Program-made: the position numbers and the translations under genes | Assembly (NCBI GenBank): GCA_018303805.1 | Contig: JAGVXL010000001.1 | Span: forward strand, 177,528-241,527 | Reading direction: 5' to 3' | Source of the DNA: Candidatus Pacearchaeota archaeon | GTDB lineage: Archaea > Nanobdellota > Nanobdellia > Pacearchaeales > DTIR01 | Length of the DNA stretch: 64,000 nt | Notes under the pieces: model-generated | The model's database searches: none | Seen by the model: the letters and a program-made list of their open reading frames with translations, nothing else | Told to the model about the DNA's origin: nothing | Part shown: in pieces, positions 37,235-47,729 of the stretch | Layout of the letters: each line of letters opens with the position of its first letter | Numbering within the stretch: position 1 is the first letter of the stretch

Positions 37235-38320
37235 ATGTCAGATGAAAAAGTAAAACTGAAAAAATTATTGAATGAACTTAGAGGATACAGGGGCAGGCAT
37301 ACAGAGCTGATAACTGTTTACGTTCCTGCTGATTACAATCTGGCTGCTGTGGCAAAGCAGCTCGAGCAGGAGAGGAGTACAGCTGAGAACATTAAAAGCA
37401 AGACAACAAAGAAGAATGTCCTTGATGCTCTGGAAAGGCTGGTAAGGCACTTGAAGCTCTATAAGCAAACACCGAAAAATGGCATAGCCCTGTTCTGCGG
37501 CAATGTGGCAGAAGTAGAAGGGCAGACAGATATTAAAATCTGGACAATAGAGCCTCCAGAGCCATTAAGAACAAAGCTTTACCGCTGTGACCAGGAATTT
37601 GTCCTGAATCCTCTCGAGGAAATGGTTCAGATCAAAGAAATCTATGGTCTATTTGCAATAGAAAGGCAAGAGGCAACAATTGGCTTGCTGGAAGGAAAAA
37701 CAATAAGGGTGCTGCAAAAATTGACATCAGGCATTCCTGGCAAGACAGAGAAAGGTGGGCAGAGCGCAGCAAGATTCTCCAGGATAAGGGAAGGTATGGC
37801 AAAGGAGTATTACAGAAGAGCTGCTGAAGCTGTTAAGCAGCAGTTTTTCAATATGCTAAATCTCCGCGGCATTATAGTTGGAGGGCCTGGACCGACTAAA
37901 GAGGATTTTTTAAAACAGGGGGAACTGACAACAGCATTAAAAGAGAAAATTATTGCTGTTAAGGACATCGGCTATAGTGACGAGTATGGTTTAAAGCTCC
38001 TTGTGGAGGCATCACAGGATGTTTTGGCACAGCAGGAAATCACACTTGAGAAAAAAATCCTTGAGAGATTTTTTACTATGCTCGCAACAAAGCCGCATTT
38101 TGTTGCCTATGGCAAGGCACAAGTCCAGAAAGCGCTTGATGCGGGGGCAGTGGCAGAATTAATACTTTCATCTTGGCTTGATGAGAAAGAATCTGCCGAC
38201 TTTGAGTTTGCGGCATTAAATATAAACTCGTCAGTCAAATTTGTCTCGGAAGATACGGATGAAGGCATTCAATTCAGGAATCTTGGGGGCATAGGCGCTA
38301 TTTTAAGATTTGCAATATAG
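37235..38320 (+). CDS. prf1: peptide chain release factor aRF1
   Basis: NIKS decoding motif (AENIKSKTT) and the GGQ motif (KGGQSAARF). At 361 aa it is short. Ends in TAG. Confidence 0.9.
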   Translation: MSDEKVKLKKLLNELRGYRGRHTELITVYVPADYNLAAVAKQLEQERSTAENIKSKTTKKNVLDALERLVRHLKLYKQTPKNGIALFCGNVAEVEGQTDIKIWTIEPPEPLRTKLYRCDQEFVLNPLEEMVQIKEIYGLFAIERQEATIGLLEGKTIRVLQKLTSGIPGKTEKGGQSAARFSRIREGMAKEYYRRAAEAVKQQFFNMLNLRGIIVGGPGPTKEDFLKQGELTTALKEKIIAVKDIGYSDEYGLKLLVEASQDVLAQQEITLEKKILERFFTMLATKPHFVAYGKAQVQKALDAGAVAELILSSWLDEKESADFEFAALNINSSVKFVSEDTDEGIQFRNLGGIGAILRFAI

Positions 38321-38344
38321 ATTAAATTTGCAAAAGAGGGAAAA

Positions 38345-38845
38345 ATGCAAGAGCAGGATGAGAATACAGAACTGTTAAAAAAAGTTGAAGCTGCATTGTT
38401 TATCTCTGCGAGATTTATGCCTGTTGATGAGCTGGTTATGCTTACAAGTATCAACCCCATAATGCTCTCTGACTTGCTGAAAGAGCTTAAAACAGGTTAT
38501 GAAAATAAAAATTCAGCCCTTGTAATAGTCAATAAAGACAATCTGTGGAAAATGGATGTCCTGCCGGAATACCAAAATATAATAACGAGGCTTGCTTCAG
38601 GAAAGCCAGAATTCAGCAGGGCAGAGCAGGAAACTCTAGCTATTATTGCATACAAACAGCCTATAAAGCAGTCGGTTGTTATAAAAATAAGAGGCAATAA
38701 GGCTTACAACGAAATCAAGAAATTTCTGGAAATGGGGCTTTTGAAGGCAAGAAAATCTGGGCATACTTTCGAGCTTGAACTTTCCCAGGATTTTTATGAT
38801 TATTTCCAGCTTGAAAAGAAAGAGGGTAGGAAAGAAACGAAATGA
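38345..38845 (+). CDS. scpB: segregation and condensation protein B
   Basis: VEAALFISARFMPVDEL... and FSRAEQETLAIIAYKQPIKQSVVIKIRG, i.e. tandem winged-helix ScpB signatures. Confidence 0.8.
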   Translation: MQEQDENTELLKKVEAALFISARFMPVDELVMLTSINPIMLSDLLKELKTGYENKNSALVIVNKDNLWKMDVLPEYQNIITRLASGKPEFSRAEQETLAIIAYKQPIKQSVVIKIRGNKAYNEIKKFLEMGLLKARKSGHTFELELSQDFYDYFQLEKKEGRKETK

Positions 38846-38872
38846 GCTATAGGATAATTTAGGGGTAATAAA

Positions 38873-40150
38873 ATGTTTTTGCTCTCCTTTGCAGTGTATG
38901 TAACCGCATATTTTGGGCTGCTTACAGCAGGGTTCTTCCTCCTGACTTATTTTGAGAAAAGAGATAAGATAATAGACCCTATGGCAAAGAGATTCCCATT
39001 TGTTTCCTTCATTGTTCCGGTGTTTAATGAGCAGGAAGCTATAAGGGGTACAGTAAACTCCCTCATTAATGTAGAATACCCAAAAGGCAAATTTGAGATT
39101 ATAGCAGTTGATGATGGCAGCACAGATAATACACACAATGTTCTCAAGAAGCTTAAATCAAAGATAGTAAGGGTCTTCACAAAGGAAAACGGAGGATGCC
39201 CCGCTGCGCTTAATTTTGGGATAAAAAAGGCACGAGGGGAGCTTATAGCGAGATTTGACGCAGACACAATACTATCAAGAGATTCTTTAAAAAAGATGAT
39301 AGGCTATTTTGATAATCCAAAGGTAATGGCTGTTACCTCCTCATTGAATGTTAATAACAACAAGGGATTCCTGCAGGGGATACAATGGGCAGAATACCTT
39401 TTCGGTATTGTCCTAAGGAAGATATTTGACCTTAACGATTCAATCCATGTAATACCCGGCCCGCTCTCAATCTATAGAGCAGAATTCTTCAGGAAATATG
39501 GCGGTTTTGATGAGAAGAATATAACTGAAGACACTGAAATGGCTATGCGGATACAGAACTGCTGCTATAAGATAAAAAACAGCATCAGCGCAAGTGTATA
39601 TACAAATGTCCCTGTAACCTTTGGCTCATTGCTGAAGCAGAGGATAAGATGGTACACTGGATTTTTGCATAACTCCCTGAATTATAGGCATCTGTATGAC
39701 ATGAAAAGGAAAACAAACCTTTCCACATTTATCCTTCCCCTCGCAGTAACATCAGTGTTCCTTGCGTTCTTTTCCTTCTTTGTCATGATGTATTACCACA
39801 TCGGGGCATTGAAAGACCAGATTATAAGAATAAGTGTTGCCGGTTTCAGCATCCATGAATGGCTGAGCAATATTAACTACAAAACAATTACAGAGTTGCT
39901 TGTGAATTACGCAACAAGTGGGTATATCTTCTTCGTGATACTGGGGATTCTGCTGATACTTCTCTTCTTTTCCATTTCAAAACATTACAGCGGGGAGAAG
40001 AGGGGCATATCCATTGCAGTAGTTCTTTATTTTCTCTTCTATCTATTCTTTTTCCTTTTGTGGTGGAGTATTGCATTGTTCTATTTTATAACCGGAAAAG
40101 AGCAGACGTGGGGCAGAAGAAAATATAAGAGAGCTGAGATGGTTGCCTGA
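38873..40150 (+). CDS. family 2 glycosyltransferase, processive type, membrane-embedded
   Basis: VSFIVPVFNE...AVDDGSTDNT, DADT, and the Q(R/Q)xRW motif (KQRIRWYTG), flanked by TM helices. Confidence 0.8.
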   Translation: MFLLSFAVYVTAYFGLLTAGFFLLTYFEKRDKIIDPMAKRFPFVSFIVPVFNEQEAIRGTVNSLINVEYPKGKFEIIAVDDGSTDNTHNVLKKLKSKIVRVFTKENGGCPAALNFGIKKARGELIARFDADTILSRDSLKKMIGYFDNPKVMAVTSSLNVNNNKGFLQGIQWAEYLFGIVLRKIFDLNDSIHVIPGPLSIYRAEFFRKYGGFDEKNITEDTEMAMRIQNCCYKIKNSISASVYTNVPVTFGSLLKQRIRWYTGFLHNSLNYRHLYDMKRKTNLSTFILPLAVTSVFLAFFSFFVMMYYHIGALKDQIIRISVAGFSIHEWLSNINYKTITELLVNYATSGYIFFVILGILLILLFFSISKHYSGEKRGISIAVVLYFLFYLFFFLLWWSIALFYFITGKEQTWGRRKYKRAEMVA

Positions 40151-40180
40151 ATAAAAATAAAAAATACTTAAAAAGGTTAA

Positions 40181-40888
40181 ATGATTAATCAGAAGATGGT
40201 GGCGATGTCTAAAAGCAAGCATGGATTCCCAAAGGAAACAGAGAGCAATGTTGAATTTAATAAATATGTAGCGAGCTTTGCAGTGGCAACGCTCCTTTTT
40301 ATCATAGGGATAGTCATAGGCAATTACCTTGCAGAGGAAAAGATATCAAAAATAACCCAGATGGAAAGCAATCTTGAATTTGACATAACCTCCATGGAAA
40401 TCCAGAATCTCTTGTTCTCAGAAAATCCGTGTTACACTGCAATAACTGGGCTGGAGGAAAAGCTTAGGGACACTGAAAGGAAGATATCATTTATGGAGGT
40501 GCAATTGGGAAAGGACAATGAAGGCGTTATAAAACTGAAGAAGTATTACTCTCTTTTGGAGATAAAACACTATCTTTCTATGGAAAAAAGGAGGAAAGAG
40601 TGCAACATGAGCTACAGCATGATTTTATTCTTTTACTCAAATAGCAGGGACAAAATTGCTGAAAGCGAGAGGCAGGGGTATGTTTTGGATAGCATAAGGC
40701 AAAGATATGAGGTTGAAAATGTTAAGATTTATGCGCTTGATAAGGATTTGGACCTGTATATAATCGAAGGGCTAGCAAGATTTTACAATGTTTCAGATTC
40801 CCCGACAATTGTAATGAATGACCAGCTGCTTGAAGGATTTCACAGCAAAGAAGAAATAGAGAGTATTATAATAAGCACTAATGAATAG
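40181..40888 (+). CDS. single-pass membrane protein, unknown function (possible thioredoxin-like C-terminal fold without CxxC)
   Basis: One TM helix near the N-terminus, then a coiled-coil-like stretch. The fold guess is weak. Confidence 0.45.
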   Translation: MINQKMVAMSKSKHGFPKETESNVEFNKYVASFAVATLLFIIGIVIGNYLAEEKISKITQMESNLEFDITSMEIQNLLFSENPCYTAITGLEEKLRDTERKISFMEVQLGKDNEGVIKLKKYYSLLEIKHYLSMEKRRKECNMSYSMILFFYSNSRDKIAESERQGYVLDSIRQRYEVENVKIYALDKDLDLYIIEGLARFYNVSDSPTIVMNDQLLEGFHSKEEIESIIISTNE

Positions 40889-40922
40889 AAAAAAATAAAT
40901 ATCTCTATTTCTGTGTATTCAT

Positions 40923-41378
40923 ATGGTAGAGATATGCTCTTTATGCGGCAGGAACAGCAAGGAAGCAAATCTCCTGACTGCAATCTTGGACAGGGAAAGG
41001 GAATTTGTGAAGATATGTGAGACATGCGCCGTTGTTGAAATGGCAGTCATAATCCCGAAGCCCAGCAAGACACAGCTGAAGGAAGCTGAAGTGCCTTACA
41101 CAGTTTATGAGCGGCTTGCAAGAATGTCTGGGGTAAAACCAAAAGAAAATGTGCTTATGCAGGAAAGGGCAAAGCAGGAAAAGGCACAGCAAGCAGCAAG
41201 AAATTTTAGAGTCAAGCAAGAAACAGAATTCAGAAATCAGGCAGGACAATCAACAGAAAAGCAATCAATAAAAGTTCTGGAGGAAAAGGGCAGGAAAGAG
41301 GCTGTTATAGATTTCTCATCTAAAGAGCTAAAGATAGGCGATCTGCAGAAGCTAAAAAAGGAAATGCTTGAAAAATAA
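40923..41378 (+). CDS. hypothetical protein with an N-terminal CxxC...CxxC zinc ribbon
   Basis: MVEICSLCGR...KICETCAV, followed by a K/E/Q-rich tail. Confidence 0.45.
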   Translation: MVEICSLCGRNSKEANLLTAILDREREFVKICETCAVVEMAVIIPKPSKTQLKEAEVPYTVYERLARMSGVKPKENVLMQERAKQEKAQQAARNFRVKQETEFRNQAGQSTEKQSIKVLEEKGRKEAVIDFSSKELKIGDLQKLKKEMLEK

Positions 41379-41432
41379 TCGGAAGCTTTATAAATATAAT
41401 GGGACACCCCTTATCAACCCCGATTTTTTAAA

Positions 41433-41696
41433 ATGGAAATTAATGTTCTTAAGGATGAGAAGCAGCATATAGAAATAGAAATAGGCAATCTTACAGTCGT
41501 AGAATTGCTAAGAAACCAGTTATGGAAAAATTCCGCTGTGGATATCGTAGCATGGAAAAGAGAGCATCCAAGCAAGAATCCAGTGCTTGTTGTGAAAGTC
41601 AAGTCAGGGACTGCAAAAAAGGCGTTGCAGGACTGCATTGAAAAAACGCTTAAAATAAACGAGAATATCCTTGAAAAATTCAAGGCAGCAAAATAA
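41433..41696 (+). CDS. rpoL: DNA-directed RNA polymerase subunit L (Rpo11)
   Basis: At 87 aa, MEINVLKDEKQHIEIEI.NLTVVELLRNQLWKNSAVDIVAWKREHP..KNPVLVVK fits the RpoL/Rpb11 pattern. Confidence 0.75.
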   Translation: MEINVLKDEKQHIEIEIGNLTVVELLRNQLWKNSAVDIVAWKREHPSKNPVLVVKVKSGTAKKALQDCIEKTLKINENILEKFKAAK

Positions 41697-41734
41697 ACTT
41701 TAGGAAATTTTATTAATCCCTTTTTTCTTTTGTC

Positions 41735-42319
41735 TTGATGTTAAGCCGGAAGCAGGGTGATGTGCTTGTAAAATTTGCAAGAAATTCAATAAAGCAAATT
41801 TTTGAAGGCAAAGGTAGAGATGGGCTGAAAAATCTAGGAGAATTCAGCAAAAAGCATGGAGTTTTTGTCACATTGCTTTCATTTCCAAGCCATGAATTGA
41901 GAGGATGTATAGGATTTCCTTACCCAAACCTTTCATTGGACAGGGCAGTCAAGGAGGCTGCAATAGCCGCAGCATTCTCTGATTGTAGGTTTCAGCCCCT
42001 ACAGAAGAATGAACTGAAAGACATAATCATTGAAATTTCTATGCTTACAATCCCTGAAGAAATTAAATGCAAAAAAAATGAACTGCAAAGCAAAATAAAA
42101 ATAGGGCAAGATGGCTTAATTATTTCATATAAGGGACAGAGCGGCTTGCTTCTGCCCCAAGTTCCTGTTGAATGGGGATGGGACAGCCATGAATTTTTAG
42201 AACAAATCTGCATGAAGGCGGGATTGGACAAAAAATCATGGAAGCAGAAAGACTGCAAAATTTATAATTTTCAGGCGCAGATTTTTTCTGAAGAGAAGCC
42301 AGAAGGCAAGATAATTTAG
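41735..42319 (+). CDS. AMMECR1-domain protein
   Basis: HGVFVTL....ELRGCIGFP and DCRFQPL motifs. Confidence 0.85.
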   Translation: MMLSRKQGDVLVKFARNSIKQIFEGKGRDGLKNLGEFSKKHGVFVTLLSFPSHELRGCIGFPYPNLSLDRAVKEAAIAAAFSDCRFQPLQKNELKDIIIEISMLTIPEEIKCKKNELQSKIKIGQDGLIISYKGQSGLLLPQVPVEWGWDSHEFLEQICMKAGLDKKSWKQKDCKIYNFQAQIFSEEKPEGKII

Positions 42320-42405
42320 AAAAAAGAAGCTTAGAAAGCAAAATAAAAGCAAAAATTATTAAATTCACGCATTTTTAAAAAATAAGATACAATTGAGAGA
42401 GAAAA

Positions 42406-43143
42406 ATGGAAAGGGGGAAAATTTCAGCAGGCAGCTATGACTTAAACAAATGGCTTCTGGGGGGTTATGAAAAGGATATAATCACAACAATCTATGGGTC
42501 TGCAGGCTCAGGAAAAACAAATTTCTGTTTGCTTGCTGCAGTAAGCCAAGCAAAAAAAGGCAATAAGGTGATATTCATAGATACAGAAGGGGGATTTTCT
42601 ACTGAAAGGCTTAAGCAGATTGCACAGGACAAGACAGATGAAATCATGACACGAATCCTACTGCTGAAACCAACTAGTTTCAGCGAGCAACAAAAGTCAT
42701 TTAATATCCTTTTAAACGAATTGAAAGGCAAAAAGGAAATTGGAGTTATAATTGTAGACGGCATAACAATGCTGTACAGGCTTGAACTTGCAGAGGCTGC
42801 TAGAAGCAGCAATAAAAGGCAGATACAGGATATAAACAGCAAGCTTGCAAACCAGATGAGGATTCTTGCGGAGATAGCAAGAAAGGAGCACATTCCGATT
42901 ATAGTGACTAATCAAGTTTATTCGGAGTTCTTAAGCGAGGAGGAATTTAGAGAAGGCAGAGAGAAAAAGATAGCAATGGTTGGGGGGGATATCCTGAAAT
43001 ACTGGAGCAAGTGCATAATTGAACTGCAGAACTCAGAAGGCAGGAAAAAAGCAATTCTAATCAAGCACCGTTCATTGCCGCAGAAAGAATTAAGCTTTAT
43101 AATAACAAATACAGGCATTCTCAGGACATGGAGGATTTTCTGA
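42406..43143 (+). CDS. radB: DNA repair/recombination protein RadB
   Basis: RecA-core-only protein with YGSAGSGKTNFCL Walker A and IIVDGIT Walker B. It has no N-terminal HhH domain. Confidence 0.8.
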   Translation: MERGKISAGSYDLNKWLLGGYEKDIITTIYGSAGSGKTNFCLLAAVSQAKKGNKVIFIDTEGGFSTERLKQIAQDKTDEIMTRILLLKPTSFSEQQKSFNILLNELKGKKEIGVIIVDGITMLYRLELAEAARSSNKRQIQDINSKLANQMRILAEIARKEHIPIIVTNQVYSEFLSEEEFREGREKKIAMVGGDILKYWSKCIIELQNSEGRKKAILIKHRSLPQKELSFIITNTGILRTWRIF

Positions 43144-43150
43144 CTGTGAT

Positions 43151-43447
43151 ATGGACATTGACCGGCTTTACAAAGCAGGGGTTTCTGAACTATGGAGAGA
43201 TCTGGAAAAGATTGATAATCTCATAGCTAAAAACATAGAAAATAATTATTCGGAAAGTTTTGTGAGGTATATGCGGGACTCCCTCATTGTATTTGAATTT
43301 ATTAAGTCAAAAAAGATTCCAGAGAAGAGGGAATTTCTAAGAAAATTAGAAGACATAAGGGATTATTATAACCATAATGGAAACAGCGAAATGGGGTCAG
43401 AATACTCCATTAAGGTAAATTTCTTTAAGAGGGAATTTGCGCCTTAG
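43151..43447 (+). CDS. hypothetical protein (98 aa)
   Basis: ORF lying 7 nt after radB. No motif recognised. Confidence 0.4.
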   Translation: MDIDRLYKAGVSELWRDLEKIDNLIAKNIENNYSESFVRYMRDSLIVFEFIKSKKIPEKREFLRKLEDIRDYYNHNGNSEMGSEYSIKVNFFKREFAP

Positions 43448-43461
43448 GACTTTATCCTGTT

Positions 43462-45402
43462 CTATAATCTTGTCCTGAAAACCCTTATATCCGGGCTTAA
43501 CAGAAATATATGGTCCTCTTTGCTTCTTACTCCCCTGTATACTCTCTGCAGAAATTCCCTTTGCGCTTTGTCAGTATAAAATTCACTGTAATATAACGGT
43601 TTTGTCTGCCTGAGTATTGTCCAGAAGATTGAGCTTATGTTAGGATAGGGATATTTTGACAGGATTATGCTGTTGCACATCTCCCCAGGGAAATCTATTC
43701 CTCGATTGCACTTTGTTGTGAAAAGGATATCCCTTTTCCCTTCTTTGAATTCAATTATCATTTTTTCAGCTCTTCCCTTGATTTGCATCTCCTTCATTTC
43801 TTCCTGAGTCATGATGCTCAGATTATACCTTTCAGCCTCCTCTTTTGTAGGCAAATCAGTAAAAGAGACAATATGGATTAAGACTGGCTTTTTTGCATAG
43901 TTTATACATGCCTCAAATGATTGAAGGTATTTCTCTCTTGTTACTATACCGCTCTGAAAATTCTTGAAGCTGCAGTAAGCCTCATAACCGGTTCTCAAGG
44001 GAGTTATCGTTCCAGGCGTTTCTGTCTCCGCCTCAATAACCTTGTAGTTTTCAATCCCAAATATGTCTTTAAGAACTTTTTCAGAATGAAGCGTGCCTGA
44101 CATCATCACTATTGCCTTGTTTTTGTCAAGCATTTCCTTAAACCTCTTTTTAAGGTTTATTGTAACTATCTTTGCTGTTGTCTCGTTGTCATTTGACTCA
44201 AAAGACACATAGGACTCATCAAGAAAATCCTCAAAGGTTCTTGCAACTTCGTCGCAATGATAGCAGTAATTCTCCTCATCGCACTCAACTTCAGCCATTA
44301 TGTCAGTATCTAAAAAATGCCTGAGCAGCCCTAATACTTTTGTTTCTTTTAAGGGTGTTATTTCTTTTGTCCTGCAACCAGCCAGTTTTTCATCATCAAT
44401 TATGCCCATTATGATTTCTGCAAGCTCTTCTATCAGCTTATAGGTTTTCTCATTTTCAGAGAATAAGCTACCTATTGCGACATTCAGCCGGTTTAGGTTT
44501 ATCTTTTTTTCGTTTGAAAAACTGTCTAAAAATTCATCACATTCGTCGATTATTTCAACTTCTGTTTCCGGCTTCCTGTTCATTGCAGTCTCAATTTTGT
44601 ATTTCTGGCTGTTGAATATGATTGCGTCAGCATCAATATATGAATTAAACTGCCCATAATAGCTGCAACCCTGTTTTCTCTGGTATATCTTGTATTCCTT
44701 TCCTGCCAATCCCTTATACTTTCTGTATTTTGCCTCGAGATTAACCTCTATTTCAGATGGGATTATCGGGCTCCAGTAGGGGCATACAGGCGCTATTGAC
44801 ATTCTTCTTACTTTTCTCACACTATTGAAATAACTGGGGTTTATCTTAGGGTTTCTGTCAAGATAGGATTTTATTGTTCCAAAATTCTTTTCTTTTATGT
44901 CAATCCTGCATGGCAAGAGGGGGTTGTCGCATGACAACCCATATTTTTCTTTTGTTTTTGTTGAGACATGATTCTTTTCTATAAGCCTATTAAGCATAAA
45001 TTCAAAATCACTTATTTTTGCATTCCCTTCTTTTTTTGCAGAACGATAAAATTCAGGCTTGTCTTCACTTATAAACAGGCATTGATGGTTTGCTCTTCCT
45101 GTTAAAACCTTTATCCTTAATTTCTCCCCATTTTTCTTTAAGAGGTATTTCCTGTTGGTGTAATCATCTTCATACTGTTTTTGCAGGGATTTTACAGGAA
45201 CTACAATTGATGCTCTCCCAAGCTCATTTGCGATATTAAGCGCGATTGCTGATTTTCCTGTTCCGCACACCCCCCTTATCAGGATAATCTTACTCCCCCT
45301 TTTTATTGATTCAACAACCTCTTTCACAATATCTTCTTGGTTTTTCCCATTTGAAAAAACAAGAGGTTCAAAGTTCTTTTCCCCTTCACGTAAACTCCAC
45401 AT
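43462..45402 (-). CDS. XPD/Rad3/DinG-family helicase
   Basis: Walker A GVCGTGKSA, DEcD-type box IIDECDEF, four spaced Cys ending in the VCPYW (CPY) Fe-S signature, and a Helicase_C_2-like end (NRGIDFPGE...ILSKYPYP). Confidence 0.7.
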   Translation of the reverse strand: MWSLREGEKNFEPLVFSNGKNQEDIVKEVVESIKRGSKIILIRGVCGTGKSAIALNIANELGRASIVVPVKSLQKQYEDDYTNRKYLLKKNGEKLRIKVLTGRANHQCLFISEDKPEFYRSAKKEGNAKISDFEFMLNRLIEKNHVSTKTKEKYGLSCDNPLLPCRIDIKEKNFGTIKSYLDRNPKINPSYFNSVRKVRRMSIAPVCPYWSPIIPSEIEVNLEAKYRKYKGLAGKEYKIYQRKQGCSYYGQFNSYIDADAIIFNSQKYKIETAMNRKPETEVEIIDECDEFLDSFSNEKKINLNRLNVAIGSLFSENEKTYKLIEELAEIIMGIIDDEKLAGCRTKEITPLKETKVLGLLRHFLDTDIMAEVECDEENYCYHCDEVARTFEDFLDESYVSFESNDNETTAKIVTINLKKRFKEMLDKNKAIVMMSGTLHSEKVLKDIFGIENYKVIEAETETPGTITPLRTGYEAYCSFKNFQSGIVTREKYLQSFEACINYAKKPVLIHIVSFTDLPTKEEAERYNLSIMTQEEMKEMQIKGRAEKMIIEFKEGKRDILFTTKCNRGIDFPGEMCNSIILSKYPYPNISSIFWTILRQTKPLYYSEFYTDKAQREFLQRVYRGVRSKEDHIFLLSPDIRVFRTRL

Positions 45403-45442
45403 ACCCCTATCTTGACAGAAACCATTTATAATAATTTAGCTT

Positions 45443-47566
45443 TTAGGTAGAAATCTGAGCATGCGGCTTTTTTGCAGGGCATTCAGGATTAAAACAGAAC
45501 TTCCATGGCCTTCTACCCTTGCTTATTGCCATCAGTATAGGGAAGCCGCAACTGCATGTCTCTTCGCTTTTCTTTATAAAGCCATATGGCGGCAGGCTTA
45601 AGGTTTTCCTGCATTCAGGATATGCATTGCAGGCGAGAAACTGCCTTCCAACTTTGCTCTTTCTGACAACAAGCCATCCATCCTTGCAGTCAGGACATTT
45701 CACTATTTTGGCTTGTTCGGCATTTTCTTTCTGCAAGTCTTCATACCCTTTTGTAAGCTCCTTTCCAATTGGCTCAAGTTTCTTTTTCATGCTTTCGGAT
45801 ATTTTGATTATTATTTTTTTGGCTTCTTCAACAATTTTTTTCTGCAGTTCATATTTATCCTTATTTTTTTCGATTTTCTCACACTCTGCCTCAAAATGCC
45901 TTGTCAATTTCTCATCAATTATAACAGGAGCCTCTTTTTCAAGTGTTGAAATTAAAATCATGCCGAAAGAAGTTGCCTCTATTGGCTCATTCTTAATATA
46001 GCCCCTGTTGTAGAGTGTGTCAATTATTGATGCTCTCGTGGCTTTTGTGCCTAAATTTTTTTTTGCCAGTTCGGAAACCAGTCCTGCCTGGCTGTACCTG
46101 TGCGGCGGCTGTGTCTGCTTTTCCTCTATTCTTATTTCTTTTATGACAACATTTCCATTTATATCTAGCAGTTCTTTTTCCTGCAGCCTTGCCTTGTAAA
46201 CCTGCATCCACCCCTTCTCAAGAATGCTCAAGCCAGAGGCAGTAAATTTTAGGTTGTCAATTTCAATGATTATTTTTTTATTTTCAATTACAGCCTCTGA
46301 ACAGAAACATGCAATAAATCTCCTGGCAATCAAATCATAGAGTTTTTTCTGCTCTTCATTCATCTTTTCATATTCGCCCGTAGGAAATATTGCAGGATGG
46401 GCGTCCTCTTTCTTGCCTTCAACAGGATTTTCTCTTGTTGTATGCTTTACGAGTTCTGTATGTTTTGCAAGTTTTTCCAGAATTTTTTTATAGCCGATTG
46501 TTCTTGGCAGTTTTTGTGAAGAGGTCCTTGGATAGGAAATTAAGCCAGCAAGGTAAAGCTGCTGCGCAATCTGCAGAACCCTTGATGGAGAAAAGCCATG
46601 CAGTCTTGATGCCTCAACCTGCAAGGCTGTCAAATCAAAAGGGAATCCTGGCATAATCTTCTGCTCAGATTTTTCTGTTCTTGCTATTGCATTTTTGCCT
46701 TTTAACTTATGGAATTTTGCAAGCTCAACCTGCTTTGTTATATCTCTTTCATACTTGACTTCTGTTTTATGGTCGTTGCTTACGACAAGATAAACCTGCC
46801 AGTAAGGAGTAGCTTTAAATTCCTGAATCTGCCTTTCCTTTGCAACAATAAATGCAAGAGCCGGGCCTTGCACTCTGCCTATAGACATTATCCTGAACCT
46901 TCCAGCCTTGCTTAATGCATTCATTAATGCCCTGCTGAAGTTTATGCCATAGAACCAGTCAAGCATATGCCTTGTTTCCCCGCTTAAAGCTAGACCCCAT
47001 TCAATAGTTGGAGACATATTTTTATACGCATCAACAATATCATGGTCTGTCAGGGTTGAGAATTTCATTCTCATTGCATCCTGCTGCCTGAAGATATTCC
47101 TTAAAACATTATAGCCAATCAACTCGCCTTCAATATCATAATCAGTTGCAATTACAAAGCTGTTTGCATTTCTGGCAAGCTGCACAACAGCATTATAATA
47201 CTTTTTAGTGAAACCGCTTTTCTTTCCGAGATTGTAAGTTGCCTGCCATTCAACATTAAATATTGGCCATCCTTTCTCTGTAGAAGTCAGGCCAAATAGA
47301 TGCCCAACAGCACAAGCAACAACAATATTTTTTCCTTCATAACTTAGTTCATAATAGGGCACTCCATTAATGCTTCTTTTTTCTGCATTTCCAAGGGCAT
47401 AAGCTATCTTCATTGCTGCCTGCGGCTTTTCAGTTAGAATTAGTTCATAACTTTTATTTTCAAGTTTTGGTTCTTCATCTGTTGCATTGTCTGTTACCCC
47501 CTCTACAGATTGCCCTGTTTTCTTTTCTGTATTTTCAGCTGTTTCAGTTTTTTTCTTGCGTGGCAT
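45443..47566 (-). CDS. topA: type IA DNA topoisomerase with C-terminal zinc ribbons
   Basis: TOPRIM start LILTEKPQAA, active-site ISYPRTSSQ, and C-terminal CPDC...C..C and C.C...C clusters. The start is set at MPRKKK (47566). Confidence 0.85.
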   Translation of the reverse strand: MPRKKKTETAENTEKKTGQSVEGVTDNATDEEPKLENKSYELILTEKPQAAMKIAYALGNAEKRSINGVPYYELSYEGKNIVVACAVGHLFGLTSTEKGWPIFNVEWQATYNLGKKSGFTKKYYNAVVQLARNANSFVIATDYDIEGELIGYNVLRNIFRQQDAMRMKFSTLTDHDIVDAYKNMSPTIEWGLALSGETRHMLDWFYGINFSRALMNALSKAGRFRIMSIGRVQGPALAFIVAKERQIQEFKATPYWQVYLVVSNDHKTEVKYERDITKQVELAKFHKLKGKNAIARTEKSEQKIMPGFPFDLTALQVEASRLHGFSPSRVLQIAQQLYLAGLISYPRTSSQKLPRTIGYKKILEKLAKHTELVKHTTRENPVEGKKEDAHPAIFPTGEYEKMNEEQKKLYDLIARRFIACFCSEAVIENKKIIIEIDNLKFTASGLSILEKGWMQVYKARLQEKELLDINGNVVIKEIRIEEKQTQPPHRYSQAGLVSELAKKNLGTKATRASIIDTLYNRGYIKNEPIEATSFGMILISTLEKEAPVIIDEKLTRHFEAECEKIEKNKDKYELQKKIVEEAKKIIIKISESMKKKLEPIGKELTKGYEDLQKENAEQAKIVKCPDCKDGWLVVRKSKVGRQFLACNAYPECRKTLSLPPYGFIKKSEETCSCGFPILMAISKGRRPWKFCFNPECPAKKPHAQIST

Positions 47567-47729
47567 TTTTATCAACTTATGGAAAATTCCTGGGGAATAT
47601 ATAAATATTCGCTTTGACTGCCTAATAAGCAATTAACATTGTTTCAATAGACAGAAAGACTATTAAATAAATTCAACGAGCCATTTTTTACTAAAAAACA
47701 TTTAAATACATCCCCCAATTTTCCAGTTT

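Noticed and set aside
37235-38845. aRF1 and ScpB are in the same frame across the TAG at 38318..38320, which hints at a read-through fusion.
   Set aside because: Frame agreement has a one-in-three chance of arising by coincidence. ScpB has its own ATG, and both proteins are complete on their own.
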